Below, piece by piece: positions 17,878-27,932 of a stretch of 64,000 bases of DNA. The position numbers were made by a program, and so were the translations under genes. Numbering within the stretch: the first letter of the stretch is position 1; every line of letters starts with the position of its first letter. The notes beneath the pieces are model-generated. The model saw nothing but the letters and a program-made list of their open reading frames with translations. It ran no database searches and was not told the DNA's origin. This stretch comes from a virus (lineage: Duplodnaviria; Caudoviricetes): the IMG/VR virus record IMGVR_UViG_3300033074_001936, positions 30,915-94,914 of that record; one strand, 5' to 3'.

Positions 17878-20800
17878 ATGCCCGTCTTTACAGCTATTGC
17901 TACATCTATCTTCGCCGGCACGGCGCTTGCCGGCACATGGATTGTCGGTGCCACTGCTTTTGGCCTGCGAGTGGCGACGGGCGTCGGGATGAGCCTCGCT
18001 GCGCAGGAGCTCGCCGGGAAGCAGGCTCCGCAGGCGCTCGCGGAGTCATCCCTCATGAATTATGGCGTGCGGGGGACCATCAGCCGCGGCGGTGATGTTC
18101 CCCGCTCCTTCCCGCTCGGCTGGCGGCAGACGGCGGGATCCCTCGTTTACGCGAACACTTGGGGTTCTGAGAATGATACGCCGAATGCTTACTTGACTTA
18201 CGTCATCGCGTTATCGGACATCCCACTGCGGTCCGGCAGCGATGGCCTCGTCGGCTTCTATGTCAACGGAGCTAAGTGCATCATTGAGTGGGACAACGAA
18301 GACCTCCCACGCGGCTTCCCCGTAACCGAGTATACTTATAACGGCACTCAACATTTGTGGGTGAAGTTTTATGATGGGACGCAGGTTGCCGCTGACCCGC
18401 TCCTGGTCGATACCATCGGTGGCGATGATCGCCCTTATGAGTCGACGCGGGTGGGCGTCGGTGTTGCCTACGCAGTTGTCACCGCGCGCGTCAATGCTGA
18501 GCTGTGGAGTGGCTTTCCGCAGTACAAATTTGAGCTTACCGGCATCAAGCTCTACGATATTACTAAAGACTCTACCGCCGGTGGCAGCGGTGCGCAGCGA
18601 TGGTCAAATCCGTCTACATGGGGTGGCGACGGCGATGATCTGCCGGCGGTGCAAATTTACAACATCCTGCGCGGCATCTCTTATGATGACGAGTGGATGT
18701 ACGGATTGCAGGGGATGGTCGCGGCGCGGCTCCCCGCAGTCGACTGGATCGCAGCTATTGAGAAGTGCCGTGCCGAAGTCGCGGGGCCGGATGGGGATGA
18801 GCCGACTTATCGCTCTTCCCTTGAAGTATTTGTTAACCAACCCCCAGTGGATACATCAGAGCAATTGTTGACCGCCTGCCAAGGCCGCCTCGCCGAGATC
18901 GGCGGCTTCTACAAGCTCTATGTTGGTGCGCCTGACTCGCCGGTGATGGCGTTTGATGACGATGACATCATCTCGACTCAGGAGCAGTCATTTAGCCCAT
19001 TCTTCGGCCTCGCCCGCACCATCAACGGGATCACGGGAACTTACCCCGAGCCGGAGGAAGGGTGGAACAACAAGACAGCCCCGCCGCTCTATCGCTCCGA
19101 CTTGGAAGTGCTCGCCGGCAACCGTCGGTTGCTCGCCGACCCCCGCTTCGATGCCGTGCCGTATGCGCGGCAAGTGCAGCAGCTCATGAAGGAGGCGTTG
19201 CAAGAAGCGCAGCGAGCGCGCCGTCATACTCTCGTGCTGCCGCCGTCATACTGGCCGCTTGAGCCAGGCGACATTGTCGCATGGACATCGGCGCGAAATG
19301 GCTATGTCACCAAGCTGTTTCGTGTTGACGGCGTCGATGATCGCGCCGACCTTGATGTCATGGTTGATCTCACTGAGGTTGATCCTGACGACTACGACTT
19401 CGACTTCGATGCTGACTATGACCCGCCCGTGATCGGGCCGCTGGTGCAAGTGCTCCCACCGGCTCAGCTGATCATCGATTTTGCTGCGGTCGCGGTCGAG
19501 GTCACGGGAGATGGAGTCGCCAAGCGGCCAGGCATCCAGTTGTCGTGGTCGGCGAGTGTTGTCGACGACATTGCCGCCGTTCAGTTTGAGGTTCGACGCG
19601 CCTCCGATGGCGAGGTTATCATTCGCGACCGCGTTGATGATGTGGCGGCCGGCGGCGCAATCATCGTTGGCAATGGGCTATTGCCGGCGACTGATTATGA
19701 GGTTCGCGCCCGCTACATTCCGAAAGGAGGAAACCGCGCGACGCTGTGGTCTGATTGGATTGCCGTCACCACGACCGACACTCGCTTTGAGTTTGCTGAT
19801 CTTGCGTTTGCGGAGCTAGATCTCATCCGCGACTCCATCTGGCGCGAGATCGAAGGTGTCAAGGAGAAGATACAGAAGATCGCGGCCTCAGTCACTCAAC
19901 AAGACTCGCATAACTGGACTGACAAGCAGGAGACGCGCACCCTCCTGCAATCCGTCAACGAGAACCACATCGCCAACACCAAGGCGCAAGTGGAGGTGGT
20001 GCAAAGCGCGGTCACGGCAGTTGATGCCGCGCTGGCGAGTTTCCAGATCACTGTGGGTGCGACTTACGCGACGAAGGATGAACTCACGACATCCATTGCC
20101 GGCGTCAATAGTACAATCACGACGTTCGCGTCCGGCTACGCCACGCTCGCGGCTTATGATACTGAGGTCACTGCCGCGTATCAGGACTACGCCGATGCTG
20201 CGCAGGCCGCAGCGGAGGCGACGGCCGCAAGCGCGCTGTCGACCTTCGCGTCCGGCTATGCATCGTTGGCGACGTACAACACTGCCGTCACTGCGGCCTA
20301 TCAAGGCTATGCAGATGATGCCGCGGACGCCGCGCAGGCCGCAGCGGAGGCGACGGCCGCAAGCGCGCTGTCGACCTTCGCGTCCGGCTATGCATCGTTG
20401 GCGACGTACAACACTGCCGTCACTGCGGCCTATCAAGGCTATGCAGATGATGCCGCGGACGCCGCGCAGGCCGCAGCGGAGGCGACGGCCGCAAGCAACC
20501 TCACCGCTTTCGCAGATGGCCACGCCTCGCTCGCCGAGTACGAGACCTACCTGCGGGCGGAGCTGGACGATCAATATGCGCTGCTGACGTTCGTCTCATC
20601 CACCTACGTGACGCAAGCGGGCATTGCCGCGTTCCACGGGCTCACGCTCGATGTGAACGGCTATGTCGTCGGCTACAAGCTCTGGAACAGCGGCGACCTC
20701 GGCGCCATCACCTTCAACGTCGACTACTTCCAGGTCGCGAAGGCGGGCGTGTCCGGCGGCGCGGCCAAGACGGTGTTCGAGATCGGCACCGTCAGCGGCG

Positions 20801-21924
20801 CCGCCGCGATCAAGTTCAAGGGCAATATGTATGGGGACGGCGACATCGCCGCCCGCAACATTGCTGCCAAAGCCATCACCACGAGCAAACTCGCCATCGC
20901 GAGCGCGGTCGCCAATCTCTGCACCAACGGCGACTTCGAGGACGGTATCAATGGCTGGACCAAGATCGGCGCGGCCGGCACCATCGCGCATGAGACATCA
21001 GGCTCGCATACGCGATCCGGCGCGGGCGCGATCAAGCTCAGCGGCACCGTGGCGGAGAGCGTCCTTGCTCGCTACGAGCTGATCCCCGTCGAGCCCAGCA
21101 AGTACTACGAGCTCGCGGCCTGGGCAAAGGCGTCCTCGGCGGCGGGCGCGGGCTTCTACCTGCGGGCGTTCTGGTACCAGGCGGACGGCACCACGGCGGC
21201 GTCGACCACGTTTACCGATGCCGTCGCCAACGTCGCACTGACCACGAGCTACGCGCTCAAGTCGGCGCGCATCCAGGCGCCCGCCAACGCCGCCTATGCC
21301 CGCGTCGGCTTCTACAAGCACCTGTCATCGGTCTCCGACTTCTACGTGGACGACGTTTCGTTCAAGCCCGCGGTGCGCGGCACGCTGATCGAGGACGGCG
21401 TCATCAAGGGCGACCACCTCGAAGTCGATACCATCACGGTTCGGGAAATTCTCTCCGGCTCCGCGACGGCGCTGGCAGACGCGACCGGAGCGACGGAATC
21501 CGACAACGGCGATCTTTCGACGGATGGGTTTACGCTTGTGCAGGTCACCATGACTTTGGTGACCGGCAACGTGGTGGTGTTCTTCGATGCCGCGGCCAAC
21601 TTCGACGATGGCGCCGGGACTGCCGCCTCGCGCAGCATCATCCTCGGCCTGTATGTTGGTGCGGTGGAGAAGGAGACGCGCACCTTCACCGGCCGGCGTG
21701 TCGTGATCGGAGGCACGGAGGGGGTTAACTCTAATACGGCATGGCCGCTGCTTTACGAGTGCGCGTTCGATGGATCGCTGGCCTTCATGGCGCGCCTGAC
21801 CGGCCTCTCGGCGGGTTCGACCACCTTCTACGTCAAGATCAAGAACGAGACGTTCTCCGCCGGCTCCGGCTGGTCGGGTGAAGTCCGCACCCCGCGCATC
21901 GCAGTCTTCGAGTCCCGCAGATGA
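17878..21924 (+). CDS. Tail tip / host-specificity protein with FN3-like, coiled-coil and carbohydrate-binding modules
   Basis: 1348 aa; GIKLYD, LEPGD, YEVRARY (FN3-like), LDVNGYVVG (lambda J DUF1983-like), NLCTNGDFEDG...FYVDDVSF (CBM4/9-like). Confidence 0.88.
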   Translation: MPVFTAIATSIFAGTALAGTWIVGATAFGLRVATGVGMSLAAQELAGKQAPQALAESSLMNYGVRGTISRGGDVPRSFPLGWRQTAGSLVYANTWGSENDTPNAYLTYVIALSDIPLRSGSDGLVGFYVNGAKCIIEWDNEDLPRGFPVTEYTYNGTQHLWVKFYDGTQVAADPLLVDTIGGDDRPYESTRVGVGVAYAVVTARVNAELWSGFPQYKFELTGIKLYDITKDSTAGGSGAQRWSNPSTWGGDGDDLPAVQIYNILRGISYDDEWMYGLQGMVAARLPAVDWIAAIEKCRAEVAGPDGDEPTYRSSLEVFVNQPPVDTSEQLLTACQGRLAEIGGFYKLYVGAPDSPVMAFDDDDIISTQEQSFSPFFGLARTINGITGTYPEPEEGWNNKTAPPLYRSDLEVLAGNRRLLADPRFDAVPYARQVQQLMKEALQEAQRARRHTLVLPPSYWPLEPGDIVAWTSARNGYVTKLFRVDGVDDRADLDVMVDLTEVDPDDYDFDFDADYDPPVIGPLVQVLPPAQLIIDFAAVAVEVTGDGVAKRPGIQLSWSASVVDDIAAVQFEVRRASDGEVIIRDRVDDVAAGGAIIVGNGLLPATDYEVRARYIPKGGNRATLWSDWIAVTTTDTRFEFADLAFAELDLIRDSIWREIEGVKEKIQKIAASVTQQDSHNWTDKQETRTLLQSVNENHIANTKAQVEVVQSAVTAVDAALASFQITVGATYATKDELTTSIAGVNSTITTFASGYATLAAYDTEVTAAYQDYADAAQAAAEATAASALSTFASGYASLATYNTAVTAAYQGYADDAADAAQAAAEATAASALSTFASGYASLATYNTAVTAAYQGYADDAADAAQAAAEATAASNLTAFADGHASLAEYETYLRAELDDQYALLTFVSSTYVTQAGIAAFHGLTLDVNGYVVGYKLWNSGDLGAITFNVDYFQVAKAGVSGGAAKTVFEIGTVSGAAAIKFKGNMYGDGDIAARNIAAKAITTSKLAIASAVANLCTNGDFEDGINGWTKIGAAGTIAHETSGSHTRSGAGAIKLSGTVAESVLARYELIPVEPSKYYELAAWAKASSAAGAGFYLRAFWYQADGTTAASTTFTDAVANVALTTSYALKSARIQAPANAAYARVGFYKHLSSVSDFYVDDVSFKPAVRGTLIEDGVIKGDHLEVDTITVREILSGSATALADATGATESDNGDLSTDGFTLVQVTMTLVTGNVVVFFDAAANFDDGAGTAASRSIILGLYVGAVEKETRTFTGRRVVIGGTEGVNSNTAWPLLYECAFDGSLAFMARLTGLSAGSTTFYVKIKNETFSAGSGWSGEVRTPRIAVFESRR
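20200..20496 (+). repeat. Perfect 132-bp tandem repeat (about 2.25 copies, 44-aa unit) in the tail tip gene
   Basis: gcgcaggccgcagcggaggcgacggccgcaagc starts at 20200, 20332 and 20464, with identical sequence between. Confidence 0.95.
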
Positions 21925-22172
21925 CAGAGACCCCCGATCCCCGCGAGCGCTACTTCGCGCTCATCGATGTCGTGAAGATGAAGGTGAAGGTGTGCGGCAC
22001 GCTCAGCGCCGGAATTTATGGCGACACCACCATCGAGCACCAAGCGAGCGAGCCGCACCTCGTCAGCGTCGAGACGGATCGGCGCTACACCCCGGACGAA
22101 TTGTTCGTCCTCGACGATCTTGTGGTGCGGCGGCGCGCCGATGGCGCATCGGTAGCGATTAAGAGGGACTGA
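21921..22172 (+). CDS. Hypothetical protein
   Basis: ATGA overlap with the upstream gene. Confidence 0.6.
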   Translation: MTETPDPRERYFALIDVVKMKVKVCGTLSAGIYGDTTIEHQASEPHLVSVETDRRYTPDELFVLDDLVVRRRADGASVAIKRD

Positions 22173-22176
22173 GCTC

Positions 22177-24141
22177 ATGGCCGAGACCGATCTCCTCTAC
22201 GATGTCGGCACCGTCGCCGTTAACAACGGCAGCGCGACCGTCACCGGCACCGGCACGCTCTGGAACACGCCGTCCGCCGCCCCGCGCATCAAGGCGGGCG
22301 ACACGCTGGTTGTGACCGGCAGCGCCGACAAGAACAGCTACAAGATCAAGACCGTCAACAGCGACACGTCGCTGACCCTTGAGCGCGCATTTCAAGGATC
22401 GAACGGTTCGGGCCTCACATACCACATCTATAAGGATTCCGTCATCAACCGCGCCGACACCGCGCTCCTCATGGAGCAGGTGCGCGCGGCCATCGCCGCC
22501 ATCGCCGCGATCACGGCCTCCGTCACCATCACCGCCAACGCCAATGCCGTGAACAAGATCGGGCTCGCCGACGCGACCGCCGGCAATGCACCGCAGATTT
22601 CAGCGACGGGGACGGATACCAACGTCGCCCTGCGCTACGCCACGCAAGGCACGGGCGAGCATATCTGGCGCGTCAATGGCATCGATGAACTGAAGCTGTC
22701 GGCAAGCGCGCTCTATCCGAATGCGAACGATGGGCTTGCTCTTGGATCGGCTACTCTCAGTTATGCGGACCTGTTCCTTGCCTCCGGCGGTGTCATTAAC
22801 TGGAACAACGGTGACGTTACTGCGACACATGCGGCCAACAGCCTTGCCTTTGCCGGAGCATCGTCGGGGTATTCGTTTGATGCGAATATCACGCTGAACT
22901 CTACGGCTCCGGTCCTATGGCTTAAAGACAACGCATCGGGTGCCAGTGCTGTTTCAAACAGCATGGCGGGATTAGCCCTCACTGGCGCTGGTCATAACAC
23001 TACAAGCAAATATACGCCTGCAATCAAGTTTGGGTCGACGGATGGCGAACTTACGACCACCAACCCAAAATTTGGCGCGTTGATTGCGGGCTACGCCATT
23101 GAAAGCTACTCATCCGATATCGATGGCGGCATGGGGCTGGAGTTCTTCGTCACAGGGGCCGATCCAGGTGCGTCGGGCAACGCTTTTGTTTCGGCGATAA
23201 CCCTGACTTCTACTTTGGCGTCCGTGCTAGTGCCGAGCTTCATTGGTACTACTTCCGCCACAGCCGTGCCATTACGCATCTTTGCACAAGCGGCTGCATC
23301 CGAGTTTTCTCCGGATGATGGGGTTACGGGGCCGCGCCATTCGACCCTTGAACTTTACAGCAATGTCACCGGCACCCAAGGCACCTACGGCGCCGCTCTC
23401 GTGTTTGGTGCCCCTAATTCGTCCCGCCGTCGCGCCGCCATCGCAGCAAAATTTACGGGCGCGAACGTGCAGCAGATGGGTCTTGCGTTTTTTGCCAAGG
23501 CCAGCACGACAACTTCGACCGATGCCATCTTCGAAGCGATGGAGCTAAGTCATCTAGGCGATCTTACATTGGGGTTTGGTGGCGTAACTGCTTTCGGATT
23601 TATTCCGTCAAGTTCGAGCGTGCCAACTAACGGAATGTATCTGCCGGCGGCAAATACTCTTGGGTTTTCTACAAACTCCGGGCTTCGCTGGTCGATCATG
23701 AATGACGGTCATTTCCTTCCGGCCGCAAATAGCACCTATGACGTAGGCAGCACATCACTGCGCGTCCGCACGTTCTACGCTCAGAACGCGCTCAACACCT
23801 CCGATCGCAGGGTCAAGGACAAGCTGACCATCGCCGACGTACTCGATCGCGCCATGCGACTGCCGGTGTATGAATTTGACTATTACGACGGTGCCAACCT
23901 TGTCGACGGCAGACTGGAGCGCGGCCATGGCTGCCGCCGCTCCATCGGCGTCATCGCGCAGGAGGCGCGCGATCTGTTCCCAGAGATCGTATTCGGCGAT
24001 GAAGACAAAGAGTTGCTGTCCATCACCGAAAGCAAGATCGGTGTGATCGCGCTCGCAGCGGTGCAGCAGCATCGGGAGCGCGTAGCAGATGAGATTGCGG
24101 CGCTGCAAGCGCGCATCGCCTTCTTGGAATCCAAACTCTAA
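22177..24141 (+). CDS. Tail fibre with C-terminal intramolecular chaperone (peptidase S74)
   Basis: N-terminal YDVGTVAVNNGSATVTGTGTLW; C-terminal TSDRRVKD...IGVIAQE...FPEIV plus coiled coil. Confidence 0.9.
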   Translation: MAETDLLYDVGTVAVNNGSATVTGTGTLWNTPSAAPRIKAGDTLVVTGSADKNSYKIKTVNSDTSLTLERAFQGSNGSGLTYHIYKDSVINRADTALLMEQVRAAIAAIAAITASVTITANANAVNKIGLADATAGNAPQISATGTDTNVALRYATQGTGEHIWRVNGIDELKLSASALYPNANDGLALGSATLSYADLFLASGGVINWNNGDVTATHAANSLAFAGASSGYSFDANITLNSTAPVLWLKDNASGASAVSNSMAGLALTGAGHNTTSKYTPAIKFGSTDGELTTTNPKFGALIAGYAIESYSSDIDGGMGLEFFVTGADPGASGNAFVSAITLTSTLASVLVPSFIGTTSATAVPLRIFAQAAASEFSPDDGVTGPRHSTLELYSNVTGTQGTYGAALVFGAPNSSRRRAAIAAKFTGANVQQMGLAFFAKASTTTSTDAIFEAMELSHLGDLTLGFGGVTAFGFIPSSSSVPTNGMYLPAANTLGFSTNSGLRWSIMNDGHFLPAANSTYDVGSTSLRVRTFYAQNALNTSDRRVKDKLTIADVLDRAMRLPVYEFDYYDGANLVDGRLERGHGCRRSIGVIAQEARDLFPEIVFGDEDKELLSITESKIGVIALAAVQQHRERVADEIAALQARIAFLESKL

Positions 24142-24155
24142 CAACGAGGACGATT

Positions 24156-24584
24156 ATGAAACTGACCTTTGCGCAAATCGATCGCGCCATCTCCGCCCTG
24201 CAATACTTCTCCGCGCGGCAGAAGGAGGTGAAGATCGACGACAAGGTGACGCTCGTGCCGAACCCTTGCTACTTCGGCGACAAGCATTGGGACTTCGCCG
24301 AGAACGAGTCCATGCTGCGCGCCCGCTGGGATGCCCACCAGGCCGCGCGCAAGGCGCTGCTGGCGAAGCACCAGATCAAGGGCATGAAGCCATCCGAGCC
24401 AACCGGCGAGTACCTCAACGACAGCAACGTGCTCGAAGATACGGCTTACGAAGTCGACATTATCATGATCCCGGAAGCCGACCTGAAGCAGGACGAGAAC
24501 AAGATTCCGGTGTCCTTCCTGTCCTACATCGCGTTCATGGTCGACCGTGGCAAGCGCCGCAAGATCGCGGCGGCGGCGGCATAG
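24156..24584 (+). CDS. Hypothetical protein
   Basis: GAGGA RBS; typical codon usage. Confidence 0.7.
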   Translation: MKLTFAQIDRAISALQYFSARQKEVKIDDKVTLVPNPCYFGDKHWDFAENESMLRARWDAHQAARKALLAKHQIKGMKPSEPTGEYLNDSNVLEDTAYEVDIIMIPEADLKQDENKIPVSFLSYIAFMVDRGKRRKIAAAAA

Positions 24585-24593
24585 GATTGCAAA

Positions 24594-24983
24594 ATGGGCA
24601 TTCAGACAGAACTTCCGGCCGCGCCGGTCACGGCCGAAAACCGCACCTGGCGCATCCAGATCGAATGCGGCTTTGACACTCCGGTTACGGAACGCACGGT
24701 CACCTTCCTGCGCGAAGTTGTGCCGCTCGATGCCCAAGGGGCGCGCGCCGGCCCGAGCATCCAAAGCAATGTCGCGGTCGGGGACAACGGCGCATTCCCG
24801 CTGAGCGTCACCGCGAAGGCGGCGCAGTTGCTCCCGCGCAGCTTCACCGATCCGAACACCGGCAAAACAATGTCCGGCGCCGAGATGATGAGCATGCTTT
24901 CGTACATCGGCGATACTCTCTGGCAAGAGGTGGTCGACGCCGAGCTGGCAGAGCAAACGGAGCAAGCGGAGCAAGCGGAATGA
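24594..24983 (+). CDS. Hypothetical protein
   Basis: In the operon; ATGA overlap with the next gene. Confidence 0.65.
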   Translation: MGIQTELPAAPVTAENRTWRIQIECGFDTPVTERTVTFLREVVPLDAQGARAGPSIQSNVAVGDNGAFPLSVTAKAAQLLPRSFTDPNTGKTMSGAEMMSMLSYIGDTLWQEVVDAELAEQTEQAEQAE

Positions 24984-25591
24984 TGCGTAATCTCTTTCAC
25001 AACTTACAGGTGAAACCAATGCTGCGACTGATCGCAGCCGCATGCGCGCTTGCGTGTGCGGCGATGATGACCCCCGCCTCCGCACAAGTCAATTTTCAGG
25101 GGACGTACAAGTATTATCCCTACAAACAGATGGCGAAGAAGAAGGCTGCCATGAAGCGGGCAGCATGGCGGGCGAAGCGCAGGGCCTGGCGCAAATCGTG
25201 GCGCAATGCGCGCGTGCCGCGCGCGGCGAAACGGGCGAGGCCGAACATCCTTCGGTCTGATCGCGCGGCGTCCGCATCGCGCTCTTGCCTGACGGCACCG
25301 ACCCAGGCCATGCTTGCCTCGCTCGAGCGCGCCATCGGCCCTGTGCGCGTCATCTCTACTTGTCGGCCGGGGGCGGTGATTGCAGGCACGCGGCGACCAT
25401 CGTTTCATCGCCTCGGGATGGCAGTGGACTTCTCGACCATGCGCAGGGCGGCCGCCATTGCATACCTGCGGTCAAGAGGAGCCTTCGTAATGACCTACTG
25501 CAACATGGGGCACATCCACTTCAACCTTGGCCAGAGCGGCTACAGTGGCTGTGGGCGCGCAGCATACGCCTCGGCGCGGAGGCGACGATGA
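24980..25591 (+). CDS. Exported peptidase M15-like (Zn D-Ala-D-Ala peptidase fold)
   Basis: Signal peptide, basic linker, ISTCR, SFHRLGMAVDF (SxHxxGxAxD), HIH. Confidence 0.8.
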   Translation: MMRNLFHNLQVKPMLRLIAAACALACAAMMTPASAQVNFQGTYKYYPYKQMAKKKAAMKRAAWRAKRRAWRKSWRNARVPRAAKRARPNILRSDRAASASRSCLTAPTQAMLASLERAIGPVRVISTCRPGAVIAGTRRPSFHRLGMAVDFSTMRRAAAIAYLRSRGAFVMTYCNMGHIHFNLGQSGYSGCGRAAYASARRRR

Positions 25592-25989
25592 TCTCATCTT
25601 CTCGCTCGATCTGGTGGATCGCAGGCATCATTGCCAGCATCCCAGCCGCCGGCATGATCTTCTTTCTCGCGATCATGTTGCTGCCGGGGCTCGCCAACTC
25701 CGCGGCACACTCTAATCCATGGCTGCTGACGTGGATTCCAGCAACCTGCTGCGTCACTAACGACTGCTGCTGGCAGATATCGGCTCGTGAGTTGCGGCCG
25801 CTGCCTGATGATGCTTATGAGATTCGCTCGACCGGGCAGGTAATTCGGCGGACGGCGTGGTCACCGGATGGTTTATACTATCGCTGCGCATGCGATCGCG
25901 ATGACGCGAGTAAGCGCTGGGTGCGGCACCAGGGTGCGCATACCCGCTGCCTCTTTGTGCCCCTGCAATTTACCGGGAGGATGCCATGA
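25588..25989 (+). CDS. Cys-rich membrane-anchored hypothetical protein
   Basis: TM segment then CC..NDCC, SPDG.YYRC, RCLFVP. Confidence 0.65.
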   Translation: MISSSRSIWWIAGIIASIPAAGMIFFLAIMLLPGLANSAAHSNPWLLTWIPATCCVTNDCCWQISARELRPLPDDAYEIRSTGQVIRRTAWSPDGLYYRCACDRDDASKRWVRHQGAHTRCLFVPLQFTGRMP

Positions 25990-27179
25990 CATGGCGCGTT
26001 GCGGACTCACTCGAGCGACTGCTTGGAGAAATCAATGCTTATGCGTCAAACCGCAGCACTGCGGCGGACGGCGGCATCGGCGATGCGGCGCACGCAAGCC
26101 GCACCTCTGACCACAACCCCTACATCAAGGACAGTCGCGGCGTCGGCGTCGTGCGGGCGCGCGACTTCACCCACGATCCTAAGAATGGCTTCGACAGCTA
26201 TCGCTTCGCGCGGACGCTTGTGCTGACACCGGACGAGCGCATTCGCTACGTGATCTCGAATGGCGAGATCTGGAATCCGAGCGTTGTCAATAAATGGCGG
26301 CCATACTCTGGCAAGAACCCGCATGATCACCATGCGCATGTTTCCGTGGTCGAGCGGCCGCAATCTCTCTATGACGACAAGTCGGACTGGAAGTGGGAGG
26401 CCAAGCCCGTCGATATGGCGGGCGACAGGCCCATCAAACCAGTCCCCGACGACCCGGTTTTGAGGCGCGGGAGCAAGAGCGAGGCTGTCCGCGAACTTCA
26501 GAATCTCCTCGGCATCAAGGTTGATGGCGATTTCGGGCCGGCGACGGAGCGCGCGGTCAAGGCGTTCCAGACCTCGCGCGGGCTCGGCAGCGACGGAATT
26601 GCCGGCTTCTACACATGGAAGGCTCTGCGGGCGGCAAAGGCGGTCGCCCCGAAGCAGCCCGCCGTCGTCCTTGTCAGCTCGCTCCAGCAAATCCGCGAGT
26701 ATGTGTTCTCCGATGAGGGCCGCGAACTGACGGTCCATTCGGACGAACCAGGCGGGGCATCGCGGCTCGGAATTTCCATCGACACGCTCTCGCGCACCAT
26801 CGGGCGGCGCGCGACGCAAGACGATCTCCGCAAGATGACCGAGGATGAGGCGTGGTCGATCTACGACCGCGACTTCTGGGACCGCATCAAGGCGGACGAT
26901 CTGAAGCCCGGCCTGAACTACGCCGCCTTTGACTTCGCGGTGAACTCCGGGCCGGCGGTGGTTGATGGCGATCCGGTCAACAATCCGAAGATCGTCGAAG
27001 ACTTCCTCACTCGCGCGTTGCGTGAGCCGAACGTCGAAAAGCAGATCGACCGGCTGTGTGACTTGCGCCTCGAATACATGCAGAGCAACAAGCAGAAGTG
27101 GGAGCGCTATCGCCGCGGCTGGTTGGCGCGCGTCAGCCGCGTCCGCTCGCGCGCGCATGCAATGGCAGGAGGTGAATAA
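25986..27179 (+). CDS. Modular endolysin: M15-like peptidase, PG-binding domain, GH108-like lysozyme
   Basis: SDHNP...ARD...HDHHAHVS; LRRGSKSEAVRELQ...DGDFGPATERAVKAFQ...DGIAG; DEG...EPGGASRLGIS, FDFAVNSG, GWLARV. Confidence 0.88.
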   Translation: MTWRVADSLERLLGEINAYASNRSTAADGGIGDAAHASRTSDHNPYIKDSRGVGVVRARDFTHDPKNGFDSYRFARTLVLTPDERIRYVISNGEIWNPSVVNKWRPYSGKNPHDHHAHVSVVERPQSLYDDKSDWKWEAKPVDMAGDRPIKPVPDDPVLRRGSKSEAVRELQNLLGIKVDGDFGPATERAVKAFQTSRGLGSDGIAGFYTWKALRAAKAVAPKQPAVVLVSSLQQIREYVFSDEGRELTVHSDEPGGASRLGISIDTLSRTIGRRATQDDLRKMTEDEAWSIYDRDFWDRIKADDLKPGLNYAAFDFAVNSGPAVVDGDPVNNPKIVEDFLTRALREPNVEKQIDRLCDLRLEYMQSNKQKWERYRRGWLARVSRVRSRAHAMAGGE

Positions 27180-27697
27180 TGGCCAAAGAAGTTAACGTAT
27201 TATTTATCCACGGCGCCGGCCCGAACATCATGTTCGGCGGGGCGCTCGAACAGTTGCGGAACATCACCATCAGGCATTTCGGCAGGCGCATCTACGCGCC
27301 CCCGGCCGTCGATCATCAGGAGGCGGGCCTCATCGCCCGGTACCTCGATAAATGGAAAGATGATCAGATCTTGATCGGGCTCTCCTGCGGATGCTCGGCG
27401 ATCAACAAGATCGCCGCTTCTCGGCCAAGCGAGCGCATTCCATTCGCCATGTACTGCTCACCCTCGCGCTGGTGCAATCTCGGCTATGTGCCGCCCAATG
27501 TGCGGCATGCAATGCAAGTGACATCGAATGCATGGGACGGATGGAATCTCGGTGGGGCGCAAATCGTGCAGCGCCGTGATCCCACGCAGGGGAGCCTCGT
27601 GGAGGTATTCAAGTCCGGCTACGGGCATACGACATCACCGTTACATCCGCACGCATGGGCGCGGTTGCGCGAAGAGATCGAGAGGGCTTTGGCATGA
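27179..27697 (+). CDS. Small alpha/beta-hydrolase-like protein
   Basis: LFIHGAG, GLSCG (GxSxG nucleophile elbow), C-terminal GH. Confidence 0.6.
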   Translation: MAKEVNVLFIHGAGPNIMFGGALEQLRNITIRHFGRRIYAPPAVDHQEAGLIARYLDKWKDDQILIGLSCGCSAINKIAASRPSERIPFAMYCSPSRWCNLGYVPPNVRHAMQVTSNAWDGWNLGGAQIVQRRDPTQGSLVEVFKSGYGHTTSPLHPHAWARLREEIERALA

Positions 27698-27903
27698 GTG
27701 CGACTATACTCATATGCCATCTTCTCATCGGCGCGCACATCGACCACTTTCCAGTCGCATCCCGCGCCGAGTGCCGGGCGGCAGCGCAAGCCAGGGGTGC
27801 GATCCAGATGGATGCGAGCCGCTATACCCGGCGCCAGCTCCGGCATATATCATGCGGAGCAAACCTTCCTCCGGGCGTGATCTCGGAGACTTGTCGCTAC
27901 TGA
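27694..27903 (+). CDS. Small hypothetical protein
   Basis: ATGA overlap with the upstream gene. Confidence 0.45.
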   Translation: MSATILICHLLIGAHIDHFPVASRAECRAAAQARGAIQMDASRYTRRQLRHISCGANLPPGVISETCRY

Positions 27904-27932
27904 AGTCAATTCAACAAAGAGAGGTATCGAAC

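Noticed and set aside
20200-20496. CRISPR array or DGR template/variable repeat
   Set aside because: Identical in-frame tandem units with no spacers and no adenine-specific differences; no reverse transcriptase or cas gene in the window
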